Of a stretch of 23,970 bases of DNA, positions 8,781 through 17,643 are shown in pieces. Location: assembly GCA_965552055.1 (NCBI GenBank), contig CBEVQO010000011.1, positions 1 to 23,970 on the forward strand, written 5' to 3'. Within the stretch, counting starts at the first letter, position 1, and every line of letters starts with the position of its first letter. The notes below the pieces were generated by a model that did no database searches, was not told where the DNA came from, and worked only from the letters and a program-made list of their open reading frames with translations. Made by a program: the position numbers and the translations under genes. The stretch is from an uncultured bacterium (lineage in GTDB: Bacteria > Hydrothermota > UBA3073 > NMUJ01 > CBEVQO01).

Positions 8781-10523
8781 TCACCTCCTCCCGATTTCTT
8801 TCACTCTTTCATGCATTATACTTTCCATATATTCAATGACTTCTTCGTGATGCTTCATATTCATGATTTTTTCCGCAATTTCTTTTGCTTCTGCAAGGGT
8901 TATACTTCTTACGATTTTTTTTACAATAGGCACAAAAGCAGGAGGAACAGATAGCTCATCTATTCCAAAGCCTATCAGAATTGGAATAGCCAAAGGGTCG
9001 CCCGCCATCTCTCCGCATACCCCAACCCATATTCCCTCTGCATGACCGGATTCTATCGTAAGCTTTATCAGTTTTAAAACCGAAGGATGAAATGAATTAT
9101 AAAGATAAGCAACACTGGGATTTGTCCTGTCGCACGCAAGAGTATACTGTGTTAAATCATTTGTGCCAATGGAAAAGAAATTACAATATCGTGCAAGCTC
9201 ACGAGAAATCAAAGCAGCAGAAGGCGTCTCTATCATAATCCCGAACTCTATTTTCTCATCAAATTTCACATCTTCCCTCTTTAATTCTTCTTTCACTTCT
9301 TCGAGTATATCTTTAAATGCTAGTAACTCATCCACAGTTGATACCATTGGAATCATTATTTTTATATTTTTTAATGCACTTGCTCTTAATATAGCCCTTA
9401 ATTGTGCTCTCAGCATATCCTGTTTTTCGCGCAAAAGCAACCTCAAAGCTCTCAGCCCGAGTGCTGGATTTGGCTCATAACCGGAATCTGGCATCAATTT
9501 ATCTGCACCTACATCAAGAACCCTTATTATAACGGGTCTGGGATGCAATTTCCTGGCCACTTCATAATAAGTTAGAAATTGCTCCTCTTCCGATAACACT
9601 CTCCTTTTGAAAAGAAGAGCCTCTGTCCTCATAAGACCAACCCCATAAGCCCCATATTTAACAACATCTTTTACCTCTTCCGGAAATTCAATATTTGATG
9701 ATAACTCTATCTCATATCCATCTATCGTCTCACATGGCAGTTTTGTCCATTCTTCCAATCCTCTTTTATAAGCAACGAGCTTCTCTTTGCGACGCTCATA
9801 AGTGCGAAGAACATCTTCCGTAGGATTTAAAATAACTATTCCTTCATTCCCATCAACTATTAACAAATCTCCATCTTTCACATATTTTGTAAGATGCTTT
9901 AAACCCAGCACCGCAGGTATCCCCAGTGCTTTTGCCATTATAGCTATGTGCGATAACTTACTGCCAGCATCTGTCGCTATGCCCATTATTTTATCACCAG
10001 TAAATTGCGAAACATCTGTAGGGGTAAAAATAGATGCCACAGCTATGTGTTTCTCTTCAAGAAGGGATGCATCGCGGTCATAAATCTGACCCATTAAATT
10101 TGTTAAAATCCTTTCCGCAATATCTTTAACATCTATTAATCTCTCTTTTATAATCCCATCTTCAAGTGAGCCCAGAATTTCTAATATTTCGTCTGTGGCT
10201 TTTTTAAAAGCCTTTTCAGCACAATTACCTTCATTTATCAACTGAACAGTTCGCTCAAATAACTTGGGGTCCGTAACCATAGCAATCTGTGCATCGATAA
10301 TCTTTGCGAGATGTTTCTCTTTTTTCCTCAACCTGTATTTTATCTTTTCCAGATCTTTTTTTGCTTTCCTTATAGCTCTTATAAATTTCGCTACTTCACA
10401 GCAAGGCAAATCGGGTTCCCTTTCAACAATTTCTAAAGGATTACGCTTATAAACATAAACCTTGGCAATAGCTATTCCGGGAGAAGCAGGTTCACCAAAA
10501 AATTTTTTATTCTCTAATGCCAT
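8781..10523 (-). CDS. ptsI: PEP-protein phosphotransferase (PTS enzyme I)
   Basis: ASPGIAI N-terminus, active-site SHIAIMAKALGIPAV, GVGLMRTE, EPNPALGLR, MIETPSAA, FSIGTNDLTQY and VCGEMAGD. Confidence 0.96.
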   Translation of the reverse strand: MALENKKFFGEPASPGIAIAKVYVYKRNPLEIVEREPDLPCCEVAKFIRAIRKAKKDLEKIKYRLRKKEKHLAKIIDAQIAMVTDPKLFERTVQLINEGNCAEKAFKKATDEILEILGSLEDGIIKERLIDVKDIAERILTNLMGQIYDRDASLLEEKHIAVASIFTPTDVSQFTGDKIMGIATDAGSKLSHIAIMAKALGIPAVLGLKHLTKYVKDGDLLIVDGNEGIVILNPTEDVLRTYERRKEKLVAYKRGLEEWTKLPCETIDGYEIELSSNIEFPEEVKDVVKYGAYGVGLMRTEALLFKRRVLSEEEQFLTYYEVARKLHPRPVIIRVLDVGADKLMPDSGYEPNPALGLRALRLLLREKQDMLRAQLRAILRASALKNIKIMIPMVSTVDELLAFKDILEEVKEELKREDVKFDEKIEFGIMIETPSAALISRELARYCNFFSIGTNDLTQYTLACDRTNPSVAYLYNSFHPSVLKLIKLTIESGHAEGIWVGVCGEMAGDPLAIPILIGFGIDELSVPPAFVPIVKKIVRSITLAEAKEIAEKIMNMKHHEEVIEYMESIMHERVKEIGRR

Positions 10524-10770
10524 GTTCCAGTAAATCTTTTAAAGCTTTAAATGCCTCATCCTCATCCTCGCCTTCTACTCTCAAAAGAATTTTAGAACCC
10601 CTTTCAGCACCCAGTGCCAGAATATCGAGTATGCTTTTGCCATCCGCAACATAACCATCTTTTATAACCTCTACCTTTGATTTATATTTGGATGCAAGGC
10701 GCACAAACGCAGTAGCAGGACGGGCATGAATACCAAGAGTATTTTTTATTACAACAAAGCCTTCTCTCAC
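10507..10770 (-). CDS. ptsH: Phosphocarrier protein HPr
   Basis: GIHARPA (His15 site) and KSILDILALG (Ser46 site), 87 aa, GTG start. Confidence 0.96.
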   Translation of the reverse strand: MREGFVVIKNTLGIHARPATAFVRLASKYKSKVEVIKDGYVADGKSILDILALGAERGSKILLRVEGEDEDEAFKALKDLLEHGIRE

Positions 10771-10776
10771 ATAATT

Positions 10777-10803
10777 ATTTTAAATGATTTATAAAATTGT
10801 CAA
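10777..10803 (-). promoter_or_regulatory. Promoter of ptsH operon (TTGACA-N15-TAAAAT, 6 nt to GTG)
   Basis: Minus strand reads TTGACA attttataaatcatt TAAAAT aattat GTG. No SD. Confidence 0.65.
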
Positions 10804-10813
10804 GAAGAAAAAC

Positions 10814-10840
10814 TTGACAGCCAGGTATTCCCTTTATATT
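10814..10840 (+). promoter_or_regulatory. Promoter of aldehyde dehydrogenase (TTGACA-N15-TATATT, 5 nt to GTG)
   Basis: TTGACA gccaggtattccctt TATATT caaat GTG. No SD. Confidence 0.65.
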
Positions 10841-10845
10841 CAAAT

Positions 10846-12255
10846 GTGAATCTAATTTGTGGAAAATGGATTGAAAGAGAAGAGAAAATAAAAGTGATAA
10901 ATCCAGCGGATAATTCAATAGCAGGGGAAGTATCAGTAGCAACGGATGAAGATATCGAAAATGCAATAAAATCGGCACAGAATGGCTTGAAAGAAATTTA
11001 CAAATTAACATCTTACGAAAGAAGTAAAATCCTGCTCAAAACGGCTGAACTCATTGAAAAGAAAAAAGAAGATTTAGCGAGGGTTATAGTAAAGGAAGTA
11101 GGAAAAACCATAAGGGAAGCAAGGGGCGAAGTTGAGCGTGCGATTCAAACATTCACCATAGCATCGGAAGAAGCAAAAAGGATTTATGGCAAAACTATAC
11201 CTTTTGACAGCGTGCCTCAGGGCAAAGGGCGTTTCGGATTTTACATAAGGGTGCCAGCAGGTATTGTGCTCGCAATTTCACCTTTCAATTTCCCTCTAAA
11301 TCTCGTGGCTCATAAAGTAGCACCAGCAATAGCAGCTGCAGATAGCGTGATACTCAAGCCTTCATCTCTTACCCCTTTAATAGCAATAGAACTTGGTAAA
11401 ATTTTGTTAGAAGCTGGTTTGCCAGAAAAAGCGATTTCCATTTTGAACGGTCCGGGTAGCAGAGTAGGCGAGGCATTAATTAGACGCCCAGAAATAAGGG
11501 TGATAAGCTTTACAGGAAGCTTGGATGTTGCGAACCGCATTTTCAAAGTAGCAGGTTTCAAAAGGATAATAATAGAAGCAGGTTCAAATTCTGCCTGCGT
11601 TGTAATGGATGACGCAGATATTCCTTTTGCAGCAAAAAGAATTGTAACAGGTGCTTTCACGCTCGCAGGTCAGGTATGTATCTCTGTCCAGAGGGTTTAT
11701 ATCCACGAAAAAATATTTGACAAATTCATGAATGAAATTTTAAATCTGACAAAAAATTTAAAAGTAGGCAACCCAATGGAAGAGGATACAGATGTCGGAC
11801 CCATGATTTCTGAGGATGCAGCAAAGAGAGCAGAAAAATGGATAGAAGAAGTAGTAAATATGGGGGCAAAAATATTATGTGGTGGCAAAAGAAAAGGCAC
11901 ATTTTTAGAACCAACAATTTTGCTCAATGTACCCCATTCTTCACACATCTATAAAGATGAAGCATTTTGTCCTGTTATATGCGTGGAAAAAATCAAAAAT
12001 ATCGATGAAGCAATAAAACTGGTGAATGACTCAAAATATGGCTTGCAGGCAGGTATTTTCACAAAAGATTTAAAAACCGCTTTAAAATTCGCTAAGGAAG
12101 TGGAAGTAGGTGGTGTAAATATCGGCGATGTGCCAACTTTCCGTGCAGACCCCCAGCCCTATGGCGGAGTAAAAGGAAGCGGACTCGGTAGAGAAGGACC
12201 TGCTTTTGCAATAGAAGAATTAACCGAAATAAAATCTGTTTGCTTTAACTTATAA
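10846..12255 (+). CDS. NAD(P)-dependent aldehyde dehydrogenase (lactaldehyde dehydrogenase/y4uC-like branch)
   Basis: ISPFNFPLNL, LKPSS, FTGS, catalytic Glu in IEAGSNS, catalytic Cys in AGQVCISVQR, EAFCPV, YGLQAGIFT and PYGGVKGSGLGREG. Confidence 0.93.
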   Translation: MNLICGKWIEREEKIKVINPADNSIAGEVSVATDEDIENAIKSAQNGLKEIYKLTSYERSKILLKTAELIEKKKEDLARVIVKEVGKTIREARGEVERAIQTFTIASEEAKRIYGKTIPFDSVPQGKGRFGFYIRVPAGIVLAISPFNFPLNLVAHKVAPAIAAADSVILKPSSLTPLIAIELGKILLEAGLPEKAISILNGPGSRVGEALIRRPEIRVISFTGSLDVANRIFKVAGFKRIIIEAGSNSACVVMDDADIPFAAKRIVTGAFTLAGQVCISVQRVYIHEKIFDKFMNEILNLTKNLKVGNPMEEDTDVGPMISEDAAKRAEKWIEEVVNMGAKILCGGKRKGTFLEPTILLNVPHSSHIYKDEAFCPVICVEKIKNIDEAIKLVNDSKYGLQAGIFTKDLKTALKFAKEVEVGGVNIGDVPTFRADPQPYGGVKGSGLGREGPAFAIEELTEIKSVCFNL

Positions 12256-13683
12256 CACCTTCAAAACGATAAATGTTATATCATCGAACTGTGGTTCTCC
12301 TTTTGTAAAATTTTCTATTAATTCTATGACTTTATCTTTAATTTCGTCCGCAGGAGCTTTTGTATTCTTTTTTATTATATCAAGAAGACGATGTTCTCCA
12401 AATTCTTCTTTATCCGGATTCTTTGCTTCGATTATGCCATCGGTGTAAAAGAAAAGCAAATCTCCCTTTTTCAGCTGAATCTCTCTCTTCTCCAACGCAC
12501 TTTTATATTTCTCCACGGATAAAAATGGCACACCCACAGGGGTACCTTTTGTTTTTATAGTTTCTAATTTATCCCTTTCGCTATCATAATAAATTAAGGA
12601 TGGATGCCCTGCATTACATAATTTCATCTTCTTGGTGTTAACATCAATCACAGCATTAATACATGTTATAAACATTCCCCTGGGCATATCTTCTTTTAAA
12701 TGTTGATGAAGCAAGGTCAAAAGTTCATCTGGCTCTGTAACTTCTACTTTTATGTGTCTCACGATTGCATGAAACATAGCCATCAGAGGCAAACTCGCCA
12801 CACCCTTACCCGAAATATCTGCTATTATTATTTTACATTTGTTATCGTACTCAAACACATCATAATAATCGCCACCTACTTCCTTCGCAGGTTGATAAAA
12901 AGCTTCTATAGAAAAGCCGCTTACTTCCGGAATCCTATCGGGCAATAATCTGGTATGCACATCTCTAACTATATTCATTTCTTCGTTTAATTTTTTATAG
13001 ATGGATAATTGCTTATCCTTTATTTTGCCAAGCATACTGTTTATAGCATCACTCAGCGCTCCCGCTTCATCCGGTGATTTTATTTCAAATTCTTTCATCT
13101 TTTCGGCATCAAACATCTCCATCTCTTTTATCAAACTACGCAAAGGCTTAACAATAAAAACACCAGTTATACCCGCCAATACCATGCCTATTATCACAGC
13201 AATAAGCGAAAAAATAAACATTTTTTTCCAGAACTTCTTCAAATGCTCTTTTATAACCCCGATAGATAAATCTATCAGTGTATAGCATAGAACTTTTCCT
13301 TTGTGTTTCAAAGGAACTTTAATATCACCCTTTATTTCTTTAACTCTTTTATTCAACATATTTGCATCTGTATGCGCTATTATCACGCTATCCCTTGATA
13401 TAATACTTATTGCCTCGACACCTGGATTTTTTTGTTTCATCACATTTATCACATTAAGTATAGGTACGAGGGATGTTTTTTCGCCTTTTTCGAATTTCAA
13501 ATAATATTGCGCTATCATATTGTTTATATCACGCGCTAAAATTTGTCCCTTTTTCATAAACGATTCGAACACCAATTTCCTCTCCCTAGCAGCTGTATAG
13601 CGCGTTATCGCAATCATAATAGCTGTAATCAACGCACCCGTAAAGATAACAAATTTTACAGGAATGCTAAATTTTAACTTCAT
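12250..13683 (-). CDS. Membrane-bound HAMP-domain PP2C/SpoIIE (RsbU-like) serine phosphatase
   Basis: Two TM helices flank a small extracytoplasmic domain, followed by HAMP (IVKPLRSL...DEAGALSDAINSM) and PP2C motifs VGGDYYD, IADISGKG, NAGH, YTDGIIEA and DDITF. The ATG at 13683 overlaps the upstream stop (TGATG) and has GAGGAGG upstream; the ORF track uses TTG 13686. Confidence 0.92.
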   Translation of the reverse strand: MKLKFSIPVKFVIFTGALITAIMIAITRYTAARERKLVFESFMKKGQILARDINNMIAQYYLKFEKGEKTSLVPILNVINVMKQKNPGVEAISIISRDSVIIAHTDANMLNKRVKEIKGDIKVPLKHKGKVLCYTLIDLSIGVIKEHLKKFWKKMFIFSLIAVIIGMVLAGITGVFIVKPLRSLIKEMEMFDAEKMKEFEIKSPDEAGALSDAINSMLGKIKDKQLSIYKKLNEEMNIVRDVHTRLLPDRIPEVSGFSIEAFYQPAKEVGGDYYDVFEYDNKCKIIIADISGKGVASLPLMAMFHAIVRHIKVEVTEPDELLTLLHQHLKEDMPRGMFITCINAVIDVNTKKMKLCNAGHPSLIYYDSERDKLETIKTKGTPVGVPFLSVEKYKSALEKREIQLKKGDLLFFYTDGIIEAKNPDKEEFGEHRLLDIIKKNTKAPADEIKDKVIELIENFTKGEPQFDDITFIVLKVL

Positions 13684-14642
13684 CAATACCTCCTCTTTAT
13701 TAATTCTACAACCGCACCCTTACCATAGGGTGTTATACCCAATTTTTTGAGCTCTTCTTCATTTATCTTCGGTATCCCTATATTTACCTCATCGAAAATT
13801 TTCCTCATCAAAGCAAGACCCCTTCCGTGATGACCCTTTTTGGGCGCTGTAAATCCCCTTCCATAGTCCACAAAGTAAATCACCAGCTCATTTTTACCGA
13901 GAAATCTCTGTAACCTCACTTTTCCTATTTCTTTACCACCGTATCCATGGTTTATCGCATTGGTCATCAATTCCCTCGCTACCATTTCAATATGCGATTC
14001 CTTAATCGATGTAATACCAGCTTCCACACATATCGCCTGAAAAAGAAATTGATATACCACAGAAGTAAATTTACGCTGAGCCGGAATGATTATCTCATTT
14101 GAACTTTTTATCATATCAAAATATTCCTGCATTTTATCAAGCTCTGTGATAACATTTTCTTCGCCAACATATTCCGCAAGAATTTTAACCGTACGCTTAA
14201 CCATAGAAGATAAGTGCGCCTCCATAGGGGTGAGCTTTTCCTTCGCTCTCTTAAATCTTTCAAAAAATTCATCATCAATGGATACCTTCTCCTTTATTTC
14301 TTCAACCGATTCATAAAAAGTAAGCCACTCCATTATCCCCAGTAATTCAAAAGCATCTTTAATATCCACAGGTAATTTCGATATCAATAAATAATCTTTC
14401 TTACTGTCTTCCAGCATCATTATAAAACCAAGACCCGATGAACTTATAAAATTAACATTCTCCATATCAACTATGTAGTTATAGTATTTGGGCATCCATA
14501 TTTGATTAAAGAATTCTCTCTGAAACATCATAATAGGGTCGGTATCCATAGAGCCTGCAAAGATTAATCCCATCAATCCCTTCTCATAGTGATAAATGCA
14601 AATAACCTCCATCCTTTCATATTTAAGATATTTCTCCTCCAT
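13683..14642 (-). CDS. Fusion of STAS anti-anti-sigma domain (N-terminal) and RsbW/SpoIIAB-type serine kinase HATPase domain (C-terminal)
   Basis: STAS signature IVDMENVNFISSSGLG...IKDAFELLGI. Kinase boxes ELMTNAINHG (N), VDYGRGF (G1) and GRGLALMRKIFDEV (G2). ATG 14642 preferred over GTG 14645 from promoter geometry. Confidence 0.85.
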   Translation of the reverse strand: MEEKYLKYERMEVICIYHYEKGLMGLIFAGSMDTDPIMMFQREFFNQIWMPKYYNYIVDMENVNFISSSGLGFIMMLEDSKKDYLLISKLPVDIKDAFELLGIMEWLTFYESVEEIKEKVSIDDEFFERFKRAKEKLTPMEAHLSSMVKRTVKILAEYVGEENVITELDKMQEYFDMIKSSNEIIIPAQRKFTSVVYQFLFQAICVEAGITSIKESHIEMVARELMTNAINHGYGGKEIGKVRLQRFLGKNELVIYFVDYGRGFTAPKKGHHGRGLALMRKIFDEVNIGIPKINEEELKKLGITPYGKGAVVELIKRRY

Positions 14643-14648
14643 CACAAA

Positions 14649-14675
14649 ATTTTACACAAAATAAAAATATGTCAA
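14649..14675 (-). promoter_or_regulatory. Promoter of STAS-kinase/PP2C operon (TTGACA-N15-TAAAAT, 6 nt to ATG 14642)
   Basis: Minus strand reads TTGACA tatttttattttgtg TAAAAT tttgtg ATG. No SD. Confidence 0.65.
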
Positions 14676-14686
14676 GCAAAAAATGA

Positions 14687-14713
14687 TTGACAAAGATAAA
14701 ATTTCATTAGTAT
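14687..14713 (+). promoter_or_regulatory. Promoter of TonB-dependent receptor operon (TTGACA-N15-TAGTAT, 5 nt to ATG)
   Basis: TTGACA aagataaaatttcat TAGTAT aaaga ATG. Alternative -10 TATAAA at 18-bp spacing. No SD. Confidence 0.6.
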
Positions 14714-14718
14714 AAAGA

Positions 14719-16875
14719 ATGATTAATTTTTTGATAACAGCAATAATATGGGGAATGGTCGTAGAAAGTGGAACAGAAAAACCCATAAAAAGTGCCCTTT
14801 TGGTAATAAAGGAAAGAAATTTAACAATACTAACAGATAAAGAGGGAAAATTTCATTTCAACAATTTAAAGACAGGAGAATATACATTAAAAATCACACA
14901 TACGGGTTATAAGGAGAAAGAAATAAAGTTAAAAATAAGGCACGAAGATGATAAAATTTTTCTAAAAATACTGTTATCACCGAGAATCTATTCACTCTCA
15001 AAGATAGTAGTCACAGGTGGTTTAACAATTTATGATGATATAACGGGTAAGACAGGTGTCACAAAGGAAGATATTTTAACAACTGCAGGTTGTGCAGGAG
15101 ATGTCTTCTGGACGCTACAAACCCTGCCGGGTATCAGTGGCACAGGTGAAGGCGCTGTTATAGCATTACAGGGCGGTGAGCCCGACGAAATAAAAGTTTA
15201 TGTAAATGAAGCCTTTTTACCTCGACCATTTTATTACGAAGGTGCGGGCGGAGGACTTTTTAGCCTCGTGAACACAACCCTTTTACGCAAAGGCGACCTT
15301 TATACCGCAGGTTATAGCGCTTCTTTCGGCGATGCACTGTCAGGCGTTTTAAATCTAAAACTGAGAAGAGGAGTTAAAAAAGGCGGAAAATTGGACATCA
15401 GTATGGCGGGCGCAGAAATATCAATCGAAAGAAAAAATTTAATACTAAGTGCGGGAAGAAGTTATACAGACCTTTTCTACAGATTACTTTATAAACTGCA
15501 TGGAGATACTTCATGGACTTTCATATCTTTTCCTCAAAACTGGTGGTGTCAGGGTATAAAAACATTTTTGCTCAAAAATAAAGTGATAAATCTATTTGCA
15601 ATTTTCGGTGGCGACTTATCAGCAATAAGATTACCGAAAGAATACGGAACAGATATTTACTCGAGAAGCACAAAAGGAACAATAGGAACAGATTTCACAC
15701 AAAAATTTAAAAATTTAATCATAAATTCAGTTGCTTCATGGGATTATTATTACACTTATAACGAATTCACAGGCGGAATTTTAAAACAATGGGAAAAAAC
15801 ACAGGGCTTAAATCTTCGCTCTAAATTACAGATAGAATTCAAAAGAATTTTCGTAGAATCAGGCTTTTCAATTAGATTACATAATCCTTCATATTACGCT
15901 TATTATCCAAAAGACGCAAAAGGAACGGAATTCTGGGACCCGGATTATCCACATGATACAACACAAAAAGATACATCTACTTTAAAATTAGCACAGTGGA
16001 ACCTTTTAAAATTTAAGATTTCCGAAAAATTATTTCTGGAATCCGGAATCTACGGAAGTTATCTCCGGTATAACGGACAAAAATATTTTGACCCAAGAGG
16101 CGCTATTCTATTTATCCCTTCCGAAAATCATAAAATAAGATTCGGAATAGGGAAATATCATCAGTTTCCGCCTTTTGTAAAACGATATGCACCATTTTTG
16201 TTAACAAAGCCACATTTAAAACCCCAGAAATCAAATCATTATGCTATAAGTTATGATGGAAAATTCGGAAAATATTCTGTATTCTTTGAAATCTATAAAA
16301 AAGATTACGGAAATTTACCTGTCTATGATACAGCAAATAATATTTACAGTGAAGGAAAAGGATATGCAAAAGGATTTGGTTTCCTGATTCGGAAATTAAA
16401 AGGCAAAATATCTGGCTGGATTTCGTATTCATATCTTTCTTCAAAAAGAGAATTTAAAAAGGGAGAAGGTTTAACTTCTTCAAATTATGACCTCACTCAT
16501 ATATTACAAATTATAATAAATTATAAGATTTCGGAAAAATATAAACTCGGATTGAAATTGCGCTATGCCACAGGCAAACCTTATACTCCTCTCTCTGGCG
16601 TAGATACCCTGATTTACAACGGAGAGACCTACATCCGACCAGTATGGGGAAAAACCAATTCAAAAAGATTACCCGACTATTTTAAAATTGACCTCAGATT
16701 TGTGCATAAATATAAAATGTTCGGAAAACCCTGTCTCAGCTATACAGAAATCTGGAATTTAACTTCGCACAAAAATTACCTTGGAGTAAGCTATAGTAAA
16801 AATTATGATAAAGAAGAATTTGTGCAATGGATGGGTGGGATAATGGTCTTTGGTGGTTTTATAATGAAATTTTAA
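14719..16875 (+). CDS. TonB-dependent outer-membrane receptor with N-terminal carboxypeptidase-regulatory-like domain
   Basis: G.V.E..T..PI..A.....TD..G.F.F.NL..GEY.L.I...GY N-domain; plug motifs DVFWTLQTLPGI and GYSASFGDALSGVL; barrel motifs DPR, SGWISYSYL, RYATGKPYTP, RLPDYFKIDLR; terminal Phe. Confidence 0.9.
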   Translation: MINFLITAIIWGMVVESGTEKPIKSALLVIKERNLTILTDKEGKFHFNNLKTGEYTLKITHTGYKEKEIKLKIRHEDDKIFLKILLSPRIYSLSKIVVTGGLTIYDDITGKTGVTKEDILTTAGCAGDVFWTLQTLPGISGTGEGAVIALQGGEPDEIKVYVNEAFLPRPFYYEGAGGGLFSLVNTTLLRKGDLYTAGYSASFGDALSGVLNLKLRRGVKKGGKLDISMAGAEISIERKNLILSAGRSYTDLFYRLLYKLHGDTSWTFISFPQNWWCQGIKTFLLKNKVINLFAIFGGDLSAIRLPKEYGTDIYSRSTKGTIGTDFTQKFKNLIINSVASWDYYYTYNEFTGGILKQWEKTQGLNLRSKLQIEFKRIFVESGFSIRLHNPSYYAYYPKDAKGTEFWDPDYPHDTTQKDTSTLKLAQWNLLKFKISEKLFLESGIYGSYLRYNGQKYFDPRGAILFIPSENHKIRFGIGKYHQFPPFVKRYAPFLLTKPHLKPQKSNHYAISYDGKFGKYSVFFEIYKKDYGNLPVYDTANNIYSEGKGYAKGFGFLIRKLKGKISGWISYSYLSSKREFKKGEGLTSSNYDLTHILQIIINYKISEKYKLGLKLRYATGKPYTPLSGVDTLIYNGETYIRPVWGKTNSKRLPDYFKIDLRFVHKYKMFGKPCLSYTEIWNLTSHKNYLGVSYSKNYDKEEFVQWMGGIMVFGGFIMKF

Positions 16876-16887
16876 AAAGGAGGCGTT

Positions 16888-17643
16888 ATGCGTAAATATT
16901 TACCGATATTTCTACTGGTATTAATCGCCTGTAAAAGGGAGACGGTTTCGCTCAAATGCACGCTTACACTGGAAGACGAAAAGGTAATAGTGTGCAGGGT
17001 GAAAAACGAAGCCAAAACAGAAGCTAAAAGAATACAGCTGAAAATAGAAGCACTAAAACCCTATGAAAATGTAGTAAGATATAAAGGTGAAATATCAAAA
17101 CTCAAAAAAGGCGAAGAAAGACAGGTAAAAATCGAATTCAAGAAACCAAAGAAAATAACAGAAAAAGAATTAATAATAGTGGCAACAGCAAAGGTAAAAG
17201 AGAAAAAATTTGCAGATACATTGAAAATAGCACTAAAAGAGGAGAAAAAGAAAGAAATTAAAAAAGCTAAAGAAATTAAAGAAGTTAAAAAACCGCAAAA
17301 AAAGGAGAAAAAAATCAAAAAAGTAGAAAAAATTAAAAAGGTTGAGAAACCCGTATCAAAAGTAGATAAAGAGCCACCAAAGATATATTTAATATTTCCG
17401 GATACCGCAATGATAAAAGAAATACCGAAAACTACCTTACTCATAAAAGGAAGGGTTGAAGATGAATCAGGAGTAGCCTATGTCAAAGTAGCAGGGAAAG
17501 AATGTAAGCTATCAAAAACACCTTTCGGATTAACATTCCAGACGGAAATCAAACTGAAAAAGGGACTCAACATAATATCGATTGAAGCTGAGGATAAAAA
17601 AGGTAATTTGAAAAGATTTAAGATAAGAGCTCTCGGCAGATAA
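16888..17643 (+). CDS. Putative lipoprotein: Ig-like domain, Lys/Glu-rich linker, C-terminal Ig/cadherin-like beta-sandwich
   Basis: Signal MRKYLPIFLLVLIA-C with lipobox, SD AGGAGG, and C-terminal DKEPPKI...IKGRVEDESGVAYVKV...LKKGLNIISIEAEDKKGN pattern. Confidence 0.8.
   Translation: MRKYLPIFLLVLIACKRETVSLKCTLTLEDEKVIVCRVKNEAKTEAKRIQLKIEALKPYENVVRYKGEISKLKKGEERQVKIEFKKPKKITEKELIIVATAKVKEKKFADTLKIALKEEKKKEIKKAKEIKEVKKPQKKEKKIKKVEKIKKVEKPVSKVDKEPPKIYLIFPDTAMIKEIPKTTLLIKGRVEDESGVAYVKVAGKECKLSKTPFGLTFQTEIKLKKGLNIISIEAEDKKGNLKRFKIRALGR

Noticed and set aside
10798..10819. TGTCAA...TTGACA inverted repeats as a dimeric transcription-factor operator or IS ends
   Set aside because: Spacing varies (10, 11, 15 bp) and each half sits at a fixed distance from a -10 box and start codon, which is better explained as two divergent -35 elements.
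10775..11011. 78-aa minus-strand ORF and other antisense ORFs inside ALDH, ptsI, PP2C, STAS-kinase, lipoprotein, clpC and parB
   Set aside because: They overlap well-supported genes on the opposite strand and have no recognisable motifs or translation signals.
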